Positions 10,002 through 20,752 are shown, counted from the first letter of the stretch. The stretch: 32,000 nucleotides of DNA from Demequinaceae bacterium (GCA_965250005.1 OZ252279.1:1830001-1862000); one strand, 5' to 3'. Notes: generated by a model from the letters alone, not told the origin. Made by a program: numbers and translations.

Positions 10002-10639
10002 TCTTGAGCGAAAACCGGCCTCCAGCGAGCCGCCACGCTTTGGTAGGCGCGTTCGCGGCTGCCGTTCTCGCCCTCGCTGGCTGCGCCGTCACTGGTGCGG
10101 ACGGTGATCCAGGTATAGCGACCGACTACGCGGGCATGACCCACACGCACGAAGACGTCGACGCGCGCTTCGCGACCATGGTCGACCTGGGGCAGGCCAG
10201 CCACCCTGGCGTGGCCGCAACCCAGCTGGTGCTCGGTCCGTCGCTTGTCGCGCTCGCAAGCAAGTACGAGCCCACCTTCACGGAGGAAGAGGCGCGCCGA
10301 GCGGCGGTCATCTGGATGGCCGAAAACAGGTTGCACCAGAGTGAGCCGACAGCCGAGATGATGACGGTTGTTCGCGAGTCGCGCGCGCTGTTCGTCCTCA
10401 CGCACTCTGCCCCGGGCGCGACGGAACTGCTCACACTGGTGTTGGATGTCCAGGACAACGCGGTTGTGTCGCCCCGCTATGGCACGTTCAAACTGGCCGC
10501 GTTTGATCAGTCGTTGCAGTTCGCGTTCTCCACCTACGATCTGCTCGAGTCCCAGTTTGACGGCGTGCCGTTTAGGGCGTTCTCAGAGATGCGCGGCTTC
10601 TACGACGTTGCCGACGCCGACTGGATTTCGCGTGACTAA
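9998..10639 (+). CDS. Putative lipoprotein of unknown function
   Basis: 213 aa, overlaps the mfd stop by 4 nt (ATGA). Signal peptide and lipobox VLALAGCAVTGADG. Confidence 0.75.
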   Translation: MILSENRPPASRHALVGAFAAAVLALAGCAVTGADGDPGIATDYAGMTHTHEDVDARFATMVDLGQASHPGVAATQLVLGPSLVALASKYEPTFTEEEARRAAVIWMAENRLHQSEPTAEMMTVVRESRALFVLTHSAPGATELLTLVLDVQDNAVVSPRYGTFKLAAFDQSLQFAFSTYDLLESQFDGVPFRAFSEMRGFYDVADADWISRD

Positions 10640-10651
10640 CGCGGTCCGCAC

Positions 10652-11278
10652 GTGACCACAGGGATTCAGCGCCTCGTCGAGGTGATGGACACGCTCCGAT
10701 CCCCGGGCGGCTGCCCGTGGGACGCTGAGCAAACGCACGAGTCCCTGGTCCGTTACGCGCTCGAAGAGGTCTACGAGCTGGCCGACGCCGTTGAGACCGG
10801 CGACCGCGCCGAGCTCCGCGAGGAGCTGGGTGATGTGCTGCTCCAAGTGGTGTTTCACGCGCGCGTGGCACAAGACCACCCTGACGACCCCTTCACTATT
10901 GACGATGTGGCCAACGCCTGCGCCGACAAGCTGGTGGAGCGGCACCCGCACGTGTTCGGGGACGCCGAGCCAGAGGACATGGCGGCGCTCCACGCCCAGT
11001 GGGACAAGATCAAGGCCGAGTCGAAGAGTCGCGAGTCGATTCTGGAGGGCATCCCCGTTTCTCAGCCCGCGCTCGCGCGCGCGCAGCAGGTCCTCTCCCG
11101 TGCTCAACGGGCGGGGCTCGCCTACCAGGACGGGGCGGGGGTGGGCATCGGCAAGCAATTGCTTGAGCTGGTGGCACGCGCCCAGGCCGAGGGCGTGAAC
11201 GCCGAAGGCGAGTTGCGAGCGGCCGTCCGCTCGCTCGAGGACGCCGTCCGTCAGGCCGAGGCCGACGCCAAGCTGTAA
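10652..11278 (+). CDS. mazG: Nucleoside triphosphate pyrophosphohydrolase, MazG family
   Basis: GGCPWDAEQTHESLVRYALEEVYELADAVETGD, ELREELGDVLLQVVFHA and VERHPHVFGD signature motifs. Confidence 0.93.
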   Translation: MTTGIQRLVEVMDTLRSPGGCPWDAEQTHESLVRYALEEVYELADAVETGDRAELREELGDVLLQVVFHARVAQDHPDDPFTIDDVANACADKLVERHPHVFGDAEPEDMAALHAQWDKIKAESKSRESILEGIPVSQPALARAQQVLSRAQRAGLAYQDGAGVGIGKQLLELVARAQAEGVNAEGELRAAVRSLEDAVRQAEADAKL

Positions 11279-12682
<1,404 letters not shown>

Positions 12683-12747
12683 CGCTGGTCGCTTAATCCT
12701 TCAACTCGCTGCCTAGGCGGCGGTCAACCGACGCGGCGCGCCGGACA

Positions 12748-13335
12748 ATGGTGAGCATGAGTGCTCTGAATCGTCCTGGTGCGCCGCGTTCGTCGTCTCG
12801 AGGCACCCCACGGACCGACCCGCGCGGGACGCGGCGCGCGGATGCGCGTGGGACGCGACGTGTGGAGACGGGCTCGACTCGCAAGGTGAGCGGGCGGTCA
12901 GCCACGTCCGTCTCGGGCGGGGGAGGTGCGCCGGCGTCTGCGGCCGCCACGCTGTCCTGGCGCGCGGTGGTCCTCACCGTAGTGGTGGTCCTCGCGCTCG
13001 CCGTGCTGTTGCCGTCGCTGCGCGCGTACGTGCGCCAGCAGGACCAGCTCGCGGAGCTACGAGCCCAGGTGGGAGACGCGAGCGCCGAGGTCGCCGAGCT
13101 CGAGGCCGAAGTGGCCCGTTGGGGTGACCCGGCGTACGTGGTGGCCCAGGCGCGCGAACGGCTGTCGTATGTGTTTCCAGGCGAGCGCCCGTTCCGGGTG
13201 ATCGACCCGGAGTTCGTTGCGCCGCTAGATCCGGCCACGGGTGCGCCGGCACTCCCCGGCGACGACGCCCCTATCGACCCCTGGTACCAGACGCTGTGGG
13301 GCTCGTTCGAGGCAGCCGGAACAACCGACGCGTGA
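12748..13335 (+). CDS. FtsB/DivIC-family septum formation initiator-like protein
   Basis: Basic N-terminal region, one TM (VVLTVVVVLALAVLLPSLRAYV), coiled coil (QQDQLAELRAQVGDASAEVAELEAEVARWGDPAYVVAQARERLSYVFPGERPFRV). Located between eno and DUF501. Start could be 12757. Confidence 0.88.
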   Translation: MVSMSALNRPGAPRSSSRGTPRTDPRGTRRADARGTRRVETGSTRKVSGRSATSVSGGGGAPASAAATLSWRAVVLTVVVVLALAVLLPSLRAYVRQQDQLAELRAQVGDASAEVAELEAEVARWGDPAYVVAQARERLSYVFPGERPFRVIDPEFVAPLDPATGAPALPGDDAPIDPWYQTLWGSFEAAGTTDA

Positions 13336-13366
13336 CAGTTCACAGGCGCGTGAAAGAATCGGCTCC

Positions 13367-13891
13367 GTGAATGCAAACCCGGCGGGCGCAGGTCCTGACG
13401 TTACCGAGGCTGACGTAGCCGTGCTCCGCGGCCAACTGGGCCGGGAGCCGCGTGGGATGGTGGCGATTGGCGCGCGCTGCGCGTGCGGCAACCCGACCGT
13501 CGTCAAGACGGCGCCTCGACTAGACGACGGGACCCCGTTCCCCACGCTCTATTACCTGACGCACCCCGGCGCCGTGAGCGCGGTCTCCACGCTCGAGGCG
13601 AACGGCGTGATGAAGGACATGACTGCCGCGCTCGCCGAGGACGAGGAGCTCGCGGTCGGCTACCGTGCGGCTCACCAGGCGTACCTGGCAGACCGCGCGG
13701 AGCTCGGTGCTGTACCCGAGATCGACGGAATCAGCGCAGGCGGTATGCCTGATCGCGTGAAGTGCTTGCACGTGCTCGCGGGCCACGCGCTCGCGGCCGG
13801 TCCCGGTGTGAACCCGCTGGGCGACCGGGCGCTCGAGATGATCGCCCACGCGTGGCGCCCCGACAGGTGCACTTGCGCGGAGTTCGCGTAG
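13367..13891 (+). CDS. DUF501 domain-containing protein
   Basis: GTG start at 13367 gives 174 aa. REPRGMVAIGARCACGNPTVVKTAPRLDDGTPFPTLYYLTHP...DRVKCLHVLAGHALAAGPGVNPLGD is typical of DUF501 proteins beside eno/ftsB/ppx. Confidence 0.88.
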   Translation: MNANPAGAGPDVTEADVAVLRGQLGREPRGMVAIGARCACGNPTVVKTAPRLDDGTPFPTLYYLTHPGAVSAVSTLEANGVMKDMTAALAEDEELAVGYRAAHQAYLADRAELGAVPEIDGISAGGMPDRVKCLHVLAGHALAAGPGVNPLGDRALEMIAHAWRPDRCTCAEFA

Positions 13892-13892
13892 A

Positions 13893-16178
13893 TCAGTTTT
13901 TCGGTTTGCGGGTCATAGCCCAGGCAAAGGCGATCATCGCGAGAACAACGACTGAACCGATCGCGATGACGAGCGTGCGATTTCCAGCCGTGTCGTCGGG
14001 GCTCTTGCTGCTCGAAGAATCTGAATCACCAACATCAAGTTCTGGATCCACCACCCCGTTTAGCGAGCCTTCAAGCGATGCGAGGAACGCGTCGCCGGGG
14101 CCGTCGCCGGGCGCCATTCCCCGCGCGAGTTCCAGGTCCGCCGCCAAGGCAGCCATCGATTGGCTGTCGAGCGGATCGATAAGGGTTATGTAGGCGCGTA
14201 CCTCGTCAACGGAGAAGCCGAGATCCAGCGATGTCAACTTGATGACGAGCGGCGCGCTGTCGATTTGAATGAGAGCGCTCTCAATGTTGAGCGTTACGGA
14301 CTCAGTCGCATCGGCCGCGATTGTCTGCCGCTGACTGCCGAGCAGGGTTCCATCCCACGTGCTCGTCACGATCGCAAACTCTGCGTCCGTGTTGCCGAGG
14401 TTCGACACTTCAACCACCACAGACTGGCCCGGCTGGCTCAGAAGCATGACGTTCGGGCCGATGTGGCTGATCGCGCCGTCTCCGTCTGCGGCGAGAACGT
14501 CGAACGCCTCCGCGATTTCTCGCGTTAACTCGTCCACATCTTCACTGAGTACGAGGGGCGGCGCGGCGTCTCCAAGGTCCCCGACCGACCCGCCGTCGAA
14601 GCGAATGTTTGCCCAGTCGTCGTGAGGCGCACCTCGCGAGTAGTCGAGGCGCTCGGTGGGCGTGATCCCCTCGAGTTGGTAGGCGTAGTTCATGATGCTC
14701 TGGTACGTCGCGTCCCACTGAAACTCTGTGTCGTTGGGCCCCCCGTGTTTGAGCGACAGGTTGTGGCCCAACTCGTGCATGAGGGTACCGCGCTCTTGAA
14801 CTCGCGAGAAGGCATTTGTTGGCCCGGTGAGGTTCCCCTGCATCACCATGAGATCCGATCCCGGTAGACCACGCGACAAGCCAGAACTGCCCGAGGCGCC
14901 TTGCCGCTCACCGTAGATCACATAGTGAAAGACGTCCCATCGAACGGAATCGAAGTTGTCGGCCTTGATTGCGTCGAACTCAGACCAGTTGTACACGGAC
15001 GCGCCGCCGGCAACTTCGTACACGCCGAGGTTCGGGTCCCACGCGACGCTGTTCCCGCCGCCTTGAGAGTCCCACGTGCCGCCGTCCGCTGTTGTTGAAT
15101 CAGGTCCGGCGTCGATATGGAGCGTGATGCCGTTGCTGCCGTCCGGGTTGGGATGTGGAGCCGTAGCGAAAGCATCAACCACGTCTTGAAGGGCTTGTGC
15201 GCTCGGAACCACGGATTGACCTCCCCAGCAGAGTAAGTTGAGGCACGTTTGCGGTTCGACCATCCAGTCAATCTCCAGGAAGATGTCGGCCCGCTCCGGG
15301 TCCGCACCCAGAGCCGCCAGGTCAAGCTCCGGGATGCCGTCGCCGTCGTAGTCAACGCCGTCGGTCTCCCATGAATCCGGCAGGCCGTCGCCGTCCGTGT
15401 CCGTCAGGGAACTAACCCCGCGGTCACAGTTGTTTCCGTAGAGCCACCGGAAGTTGTCGAGCAGCACGGCCGAGTCGTAGACTGAGTCGCCTACGTCCTG
15501 GATCGAGAGAATCAACGTGGCATTTCCTGCGTTGTTCTTTTCAATCTTGCTTACCGCAACCAACGCCTCGGTTGATCCGTCCATGCGTGTTCCCGTCGCA
15601 GGGGCGAAGCCGAGCACCGTATTGACGGAGATAAAATTGCCGTCGGTGTCGTAGGCGAAATTATTGGGTGCAGCGACCTGCGACCCGGCGGACATGAAGA
15701 ACTCGCTCTCGTTCAGTTCAGCCGTGAAGATGTCGTTGAATTGAACGCCGATGTATTCGGGGTACTCCTCAGACATGAACTGAAAGTCGAACGCCATGCA
15801 GGTGGCGGCAGCTGGAGGTGTGACTTCGAAGCGAACCGACGTGAGGTCGTTGCCGTCGGCACCCTGGTTAGCGAACGGAAGGTCAGTCGATATGAACTCT
15901 CCCGGACTGCCGCCAACCACCGCCGATGCGTCACCCGTCGACAGGATCAGGTAGCTGCCACCCGCGCGCGGGAAGGAGCCGATCGTGGTCGACGAGACGA
16001 GGACGGACGAAGAGTCGGCGCCCAACGTGGCGGATACGTACGGCCCGAGGTCGAGTGCAGCCGCAATCGTGTCTTTGGACTCAATCGACGCGGCAGAACT
16101 ACCGCTCAGGGCGACTAGCACTACAGCGGCCGCCGCCCCTACGAGCGACCCGCGTATCCAAGTTCCGGGCATCGCCAT
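13893..16178 (-). CDS. Secreted metalloprotease-like protein with N-terminal choice-of-anchor L-like domain, DxDxDG calcium-type repeats, HExxH domain and C-terminal TM segment
   Basis: N-terminal signal (MAMPGTWIRGSLVGAAAAVVLVALSGSSAAS); FDFQFMSEEYPEYIGVQFNDIFTAEL; DTDGDGLPDSWETDGVDYDGDGIPELD; zinc motif HELGHNLSLKHGG; C-terminal TM RTLVIAIGSVVVLAMIAFAWAMTRKPKN. Starts at 16178 or 16172. Confidence 0.85.
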   Translation of the reverse strand: MAMPGTWIRGSLVGAAAAVVLVALSGSSAASIESKDTIAAALDLGPYVSATLGADSSSVLVSSTTIGSFPRAGGSYLILSTGDASAVVGGSPGEFISTDLPFANQGADGNDLTSVRFEVTPPAAATCMAFDFQFMSEEYPEYIGVQFNDIFTAELNESEFFMSAGSQVAAPNNFAYDTDGNFISVNTVLGFAPATGTRMDGSTEALVAVSKIEKNNAGNATLILSIQDVGDSVYDSAVLLDNFRWLYGNNCDRGVSSLTDTDGDGLPDSWETDGVDYDGDGIPELDLAALGADPERADIFLEIDWMVEPQTCLNLLCWGGQSVVPSAQALQDVVDAFATAPHPNPDGSNGITLHIDAGPDSTTADGGTWDSQGGGNSVAWDPNLGVYEVAGGASVYNWSEFDAIKADNFDSVRWDVFHYVIYGERQGASGSSGLSRGLPGSDLMVMQGNLTGPTNAFSRVQERGTLMHELGHNLSLKHGGPNDTEFQWDATYQSIMNYAYQLEGITPTERLDYSRGAPHDDWANIRFDGGSVGDLGDAAPPLVLSEDVDELTREIAEAFDVLAADGDGAISHIGPNVMLLSQPGQSVVVEVSNLGNTDAEFAIVTSTWDGTLLGSQRQTIAADATESVTLNIESALIQIDSAPLVIKLTSLDLGFSVDEVRAYITLIDPLDSQSMAALAADLELARGMAPGDGPGDAFLASLEGSLNGVVDPELDVGDSDSSSSKSPDDTAGNRTLVIAIGSVVVLAMIAFAWAMTRKPKN

Positions 16179-16310
16179 CGATACTCCACGTCCGCGCGAC
16201 CGCGGCGGCACGTCCGCGTCGCGCAATGATTGCTCAGGTTGGTACAACGGTATATGCGGGTAAGGCGGGTTCGCAAGGTTCTCGGGGCTTCGCGCCGGTA
16301 GTGTGGCCGC

Positions 16311-17300
16311 ATGCCACGCGTCGCGGCCGTTGATTGCGGCACCAACTCCATCCGCCTGTTGATCGCCGACGTCGATCCGGACGCCGGGACTCTCACCGAC
16401 GTGGTGCGCATCATGAAGGTGGTGCGCCTGGGCCAGGGCGTCGACAAGACGGGCCAGCTCGCGCCAGAGGCGCTCGAACGCACGCTCTCAGCGACCGACG
16501 AGTATGCGGCTCTCTGTGGCGAACACGGTGTGGCGCCGGAGGCGATCCGATTTGTCGCCACGTCGGCGACGCGCGACGCGAGCAACCGGCGGGAGTTTGT
16601 CGACGGCGTGCGCGAGCGGCTGAGCGTCGAGCCTGAGGTGGTCTCGGGTGAGGACGAGGCCGAACTGAGTTTCCGCGGCGCCACCTCCGTGCTCACTGCG
16701 CTCGGCGCCGATGGGGAGCCCACGCACCCGGGCCCGTACCTCGTCGTGGACCTAGGCGGCGGCTCGACGGAGATCGTGCTGGGAACCACGGAGCCAACCG
16801 CGTCACACAGCATGGACATTGGCTGTGTGCGCATGACGGAGCGCCATCTGCTCTCCGACCCGCCGACCGATGCGGAGCTCGTCGCCGCCGTGACCGATGT
16901 GCACGCGGCGATCGCGGCCGCCGAGCGAAAGGTCCCGTTCGCCGAGGCCCGCACGCTGGTGGGTCTCGCCGGCTCGATCACGACTGTCACCGCGCATGCT
17001 CTCGGGCTCACGGAGTACAGCCCGGACGCGATCGATGGCGCGGTCGTCACCCAGGATCAGATTGTCGCGTCGTGCGCGGCACTCACGCGTGCCACACGGG
17101 AGCAGCGCGCGGCGATGCCGTTCATGCACCCGGGCCGCGTTGACGTGATCGGCGCGGGCGCTCTGGTGTGGATGCTCGTCGTCACGCAGGTCGCAGCCGC
17201 CGTTGAGGCCGCCGGTGGCGAGCTGACGTCGGCCGTCACCAGCGAGCACGACATCCTGGACGGTATTGCGTGGTCCGTCGCGGACCGCACCGCAGCCTGA
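16311..17300 (+). CDS. ppx: Ppx/GppA-family exopolyphosphatase
   Basis: MPRVAAVDCGTNSIRLLIADVD, ATSATRDASNR, LSFRGATS, YLVVDLGGGSTEIVLG, GLAGSITTVTAHALGL motifs. Confidence 0.92.
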   Translation: MPRVAAVDCGTNSIRLLIADVDPDAGTLTDVVRIMKVVRLGQGVDKTGQLAPEALERTLSATDEYAALCGEHGVAPEAIRFVATSATRDASNRREFVDGVRERLSVEPEVVSGEDEAELSFRGATSVLTALGADGEPTHPGPYLVVDLGGGSTEIVLGTTEPTASHSMDIGCVRMTERHLLSDPPTDAELVAAVTDVHAAIAAAERKVPFAEARTLVGLAGSITTVTAHALGLTEYSPDAIDGAVVTQDQIVASCAALTRATREQRAAMPFMHPGRVDVIGAGALVWMLVVTQVAAAVEAAGGELTSAVTSEHDILDGIAWSVADRTAA

Positions 17301-17312
17301 CACAATCGAGTT

Positions 17313-17389
17313 GCCCCCGTAGCCCAATTGGCAGAGGCGGCCGACTTAAAATCGGTACAGTGCGGGTTCGATCCCCGCCGGGGGCACCA
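17313..17389 (+). tRNA. tRNA with UAA anticodon (nominally tRNA-Leu), short variable loop, encoded CCA
   Basis: Folded by hand: acceptor GCCCCCG/CGGGGGC perfect; D-stem GCC/GGC; anticodon stem GCCGA/TCGGT with loop CTTAAAA; variable loop ACAGT (5 nt); T arm GCGGG-TTCGATC-CCCGC; then ACCA. Confidence 0.93.
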
Positions 17390-17460
17390 AGGATTGTCCT
17401 GGGCGCGCTATTCGTTACATCTTTGTAGACTGACTCTCGACTACTGACAGAGGAGGGGTT

Positions 17461-18279
17461 GTGGCCAACCCAATATTCACCAGAAACAAGCAGTTCCAGG
17501 GCGACGGCGTCATTCAGCAGGCGCCCGTGCGCGGCATCGCACCGCAGGCGAGCGCGAGCGCACTAGAGCAGCAGTTTGACGCACCCAGCGGAACTGCGTT
17601 CGAGACCGGCCGCATGTCGTATGAAGGCACGCTCCTCAAGTCTGTCGGCTACTTCGCGCTCGCAGTGTTGTCCGCCGCTGCCGTTGGGGTGCTCGCACCC
17701 GGCGCCTACTTCATCTTCGGAATCGCGGCGTTCGTGTTGTCGCTCGTTGTCGCGTTCTCGCGCAACCCATCGCCCGTCCTGATGGGCGTCACGCTCGTCG
17801 CATGGGGCGGCATGGCTGGCGGACTCACCGTCGTGCTCGAGTCGAACCCGACATACAACGGCATTGCAATGCAGGCCGTGCTCGCGACCGCGAGCGTGTT
17901 CGCTGCTGTACTCATCCTGTTCCGCTCGGGCAAGATCCGCGCGACGGCAAAGATGAACCGCTACTTCATGATCGCGATCTCGGGCTACGTGATCTTCTCG
18001 CTCGTGAATATTGGTCTACAGATGTTCGGCAGCCTGGACGGTTGGGGAATCCACTCGCAAGAGATCGGCAGCACCGGTATCCCGTGGGGTGTTCCCATTG
18101 GAATCTTCGCGGTCCTGCTCGGCGCGTACATGCTGCTGCGTGACTTCACCTTCATCGAGAATGGCGTAAAGACGGGCATCCCAGCCAAGAACGAATGGCT
18201 CGCGGCGTACGGGATTGTGTTCACCATCATCTGGCTGTACGTCGAGTTCTTGCGACTGTTGGCGATACTCCGCCGCTAG
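17461..18279 (+). CDS. Bax inhibitor-1/YccA-like multi-TM membrane protein
   Basis: GTG start with strong AGGAGG RBS. N-terminal cytosolic segment, multiple TM helices, GLTVVLESNPTYNGIAMQAVLATASVFAAVLILFRSGKIRATAKMNRYFMIAISG and IYVEFLRLLAILR-like C-terminus. Confidence 0.88.
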   Translation: MANPIFTRNKQFQGDGVIQQAPVRGIAPQASASALEQQFDAPSGTAFETGRMSYEGTLLKSVGYFALAVLSAAAVGVLAPGAYFIFGIAAFVLSLVVAFSRNPSPVLMGVTLVAWGGMAGGLTVVLESNPTYNGIAMQAVLATASVFAAVLILFRSGKIRATAKMNRYFMIAISGYVIFSLVNIGLQMFGSLDGWGIHSQEIGSTGIPWGVPIGIFAVLLGAYMLLRDFTFIENGVKTGIPAKNEWLAAYGIVFTIIWLYVEFLRLLAILRR

Positions 18280-18294
18280 GATTGCGGGCTGCGG

Positions 18295-18936
18295 CTAGTA
18301 CGCGACCTGGCAGAAGCCGTGGTTGCAGTAGCCGCCAGGGTTCTTGAACAGGTATCCCTGGTGGTAATCCTCGGCGTAATAGAAGACGGAGTCGCCAGCA
18401 TCTTCCTGGCGCGAAATCTGCGTCGAAATGGTTCCGTGCGCCCCGCCATCCAGCTTGTGCTGGTAGTGGTCGCGCGACTTCTCTGCCTCGGCGAATTGCT
18501 CGGGCGTCGTGGTGAAGACCGCACTCCGGTACTGGGTGCCGGTGTCGCCGCCCTGCCGGTTGGGCGTCGTGGGGTCGTGGTTCTCCCAGAACACGGCCAG
18601 CAACGTCTCGACGGCCACCTTCGTAGGGTCGAACACCACCTGAACCGTTTCGGTGTGTCCGGTGCGCGCTGTGCACGTCTCTTCGTACGTGGGATTCTCA
18701 GTCCAGCCGCCCATGTACCCAGCGGCGGTGGAGTACACGCCTTCGATCTGCCAGAACAGCCGCTCGGCGCCCCAGAAGCAACCCATGGCTACGTAGATCA
18801 CTTCGTGGCCGTCCGGCCAGGGACCTTTGAGAGGGTTCTTGAGTACCACGTGATTCGGCTCAATGGCCAGAGCGGTTGTGCGACCGCGTAGCGCGTCCTC
18901 AGGCGTCACCATGGTGGTTTTGCTACCGAACAGCAT
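18295..18936 (-). CDS. msrA: Peptide-methionine (S)-S-oxide reductase
   Basis: 213 aa from ATG at 18936. MGCFWGAERLFWQIEGVYSTAAGYMGG, YEETCTARTGHTETVQVVFDP, FWENHDPTTPNRQGGDTGTQYRSAVF, YCNHGFCQVAY. Confidence 0.96.
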   Translation of the reverse strand: MLFGSKTTMVTPEDALRGRTTALAIEPNHVVLKNPLKGPWPDGHEVIYVAMGCFWGAERLFWQIEGVYSTAAGYMGGWTENPTYEETCTARTGHTETVQVVFDPTKVAVETLLAVFWENHDPTTPNRQGGDTGTQYRSAVFTTTPEQFAEAEKSRDHYQHKLDGGAHGTISTQISRQEDAGDSVFYYAEDYHQGYLFKNPGGYCNHGFCQVAY

Positions 18937-19062
18937 CGGACCTCCCGTTGGCTGGTGCGTCACCATGCACAACGACGACGTCACTCGATGTGTTCCGCAT
19001 TGCCTCGCAATCGCTTCGACTGGCCGATGGCCCGCGCGCCCATGCCACGATACGCTCGCCCT

Positions 19063-20199
19063 ATGCCCACGCAAGAGCCCAATTATCGGTACACCGAAGC
19101 TCCTTCGATCCTCGAGCACGTCCCCGTGCCCCTGCGTGTCGCCGGTGCGTGGTCATGGCGGCTTGTGGTGGTTGGCGTTGTCGCCGTCGCTCTGACTACC
19201 GTCGTGGCGACACTCGCACCCATCATCGTCCCCGTTTCTATCGCGGTTCTTATCGCAGCGCCGATGGAGCGGATGGCGACGTGGCTCGGGTCTAAGGGAA
19301 TTCCGCGGACCCTAGCGTCGCTGAGCCTGGTCCTTGGGCTCATCGGGCTCGTCGCCGGCCTGCTAGCGGCAGCCGGCCAATCTGTGGCTTCCGGGCTTGG
19401 CGAGCTCAAAGATAAGGCGCTCGCAGGCATCGACACCCTGGTTGACTGGCTGGTCACGGGGCCGCTGCAAGTGAGCGAAGCCGAGTTGCGAGACTACCTG
19501 GACCGAGCAGGGGAGACGCTTCAGGACAACAGTGCTGGGCTGGTATCTGGCGCAGTCTCTGTGACCGCCACGGTTGGCCTGGTGAGCGCCGGTGCGCTTA
19601 TCGCGCTGTTCTGCCTGTTCTTCTTCCTCAGGGACGGGCGCGCGATGTGGCTGTGGCTAGTGGGCCTGTTGCCCGAGGAGGCGCGTGAACGCACAGACTT
19701 CGCGGGGCGCGCGGGCTGGGCCACGCTGGGCGCGTACAGTCGCACGTCAGTGTTTGTTGCCTTCGTCGACGCTGTGGGAATTGGCTTGGGTGCGTGGATA
19801 CTGGGCCTTCCCCTGGCTCTGCCGATTGCGATCGTGGTGTTTCTTGGCTCGTTCGTACCGATTGTGGGAGCGACCGTGACCGGCGCCGTCGCGGTGCTGG
19901 TCGCGCTCGTTGACGGTGGATGGGCTACGGCGCTTATCATGCTCGGCATTGTCATTCTTGTTCAGCAGCTCGAGGGCAGCATCCTGTACCCATGGCTGTT
20001 CGGCAAGGCAGCGGACGTCCATCCTGTCGCGATTCTGCTGACGGTGGCGGCCGGAGCGATCGTCGCAGGAATGGTGGGAGCACTGCTCGCGGTGCCGCTG
20101 CTTGCACTTACGAAGAGCTTCATCACGGGGCTACGGCGTTCGGGAGTGGGGCCCACGACGGCGATTCCCATCCAGAGGGGCCCCAAGGCCGCCGACTAG
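19063..20199 (+). CDS. AI-2E family transporter (PerM/YdiK-like)
   Basis: ~378 aa. Multiple TM segments, IALFCLFFFLRDGRAMWLWL, IVVFLGSFVPIVGATVTGAVAVLVALVDGGWATALIMLGIVILVQQLEGSILYPWLFGKA and GALLAVPLLALTK. Confidence 0.9.
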   Translation: MPTQEPNYRYTEAPSILEHVPVPLRVAGAWSWRLVVVGVVAVALTTVVATLAPIIVPVSIAVLIAAPMERMATWLGSKGIPRTLASLSLVLGLIGLVAGLLAAAGQSVASGLGELKDKALAGIDTLVDWLVTGPLQVSEAELRDYLDRAGETLQDNSAGLVSGAVSVTATVGLVSAGALIALFCLFFFLRDGRAMWLWLVGLLPEEARERTDFAGRAGWATLGAYSRTSVFVAFVDAVGIGLGAWILGLPLALPIAIVVFLGSFVPIVGATVTGAVAVLVALVDGGWATALIMLGIVILVQQLEGSILYPWLFGKAADVHPVAILLTVAAGAIVAGMVGALLAVPLLALTKSFITGLRRSGVGPTTAIPIQRGPKAAD

Positions 20200-20227
20200 C
20201 GCCCTGCGGCATAGCGCTTGGTCGTGT

Positions 20228-20713
20228 CTAACCCGAGAAAGGCTTGGCCGCGATCAGGTTGACAGTGATGTCGTTGCCATTGGGTGCGGCGTAACTGGTC
20301 TGGTCGCCCGGCTTCTTGCCGAGTAGCGCAGCGCCCAGCGGCGACTGTGCGGAGAACACATCGATGTCTGCGCCTCCGGCAACCTCGCGGGAGCCCACCA
20401 GGAAGCGCATCTTGCGGCCCGCGACCTCCGCGGTCACCACCATTCCGGACTCCACGGTGCCGTCCCCTGAAGTTGCTTCGCCAACCGTCGCGGTCTCGAG
20501 CAGGTGCTTGAGTTGGGCGATACGGCCCTCCTGCTTGGCCTGCTCCTCGCGGGCAGCGTGATAGCCGCCGTTCTCCTTGAGGTCTCCCTCTTGGCGGCGC
20601 TCGTCGATCTCTTTGGCGATGGCAGCCCGACCGGCGCCCATCAGGTCGTTGTACTCAACCTGAAGGCGGTCGTGGGCCTCCTGGGTCAGCCAGGTGCCGG
20701 CAGTCTCCGTCAC
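20228..20713 (-). CDS. greA: Transcription elongation factor GreA
   Basis: From GTG at 20713: TETAGTWLTQEAHDRLQVEYNDLMGAGRAAIAKEIDERRQEGDLKENGGYHAAREEQAKQEGRI; FSAQSPLGAALLGKKPGDQTSYAAPNGNDITVNLI. Confidence 0.95.
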   Translation of the reverse strand: MTETAGTWLTQEAHDRLQVEYNDLMGAGRAAIAKEIDERRQEGDLKENGGYHAAREEQAKQEGRIAQLKHLLETATVGEATSGDGTVESGMVVTAEVAGRKMRFLVGSREVAGGADIDVFSAQSPLGAALLGKKPGDQTSYAAPNGNDITVNLIAAKPFSG

Positions 20714-20752
20714 GGTCTCTCCCTCGGTGCAAGTTAGAAAGGATACCAAGCG

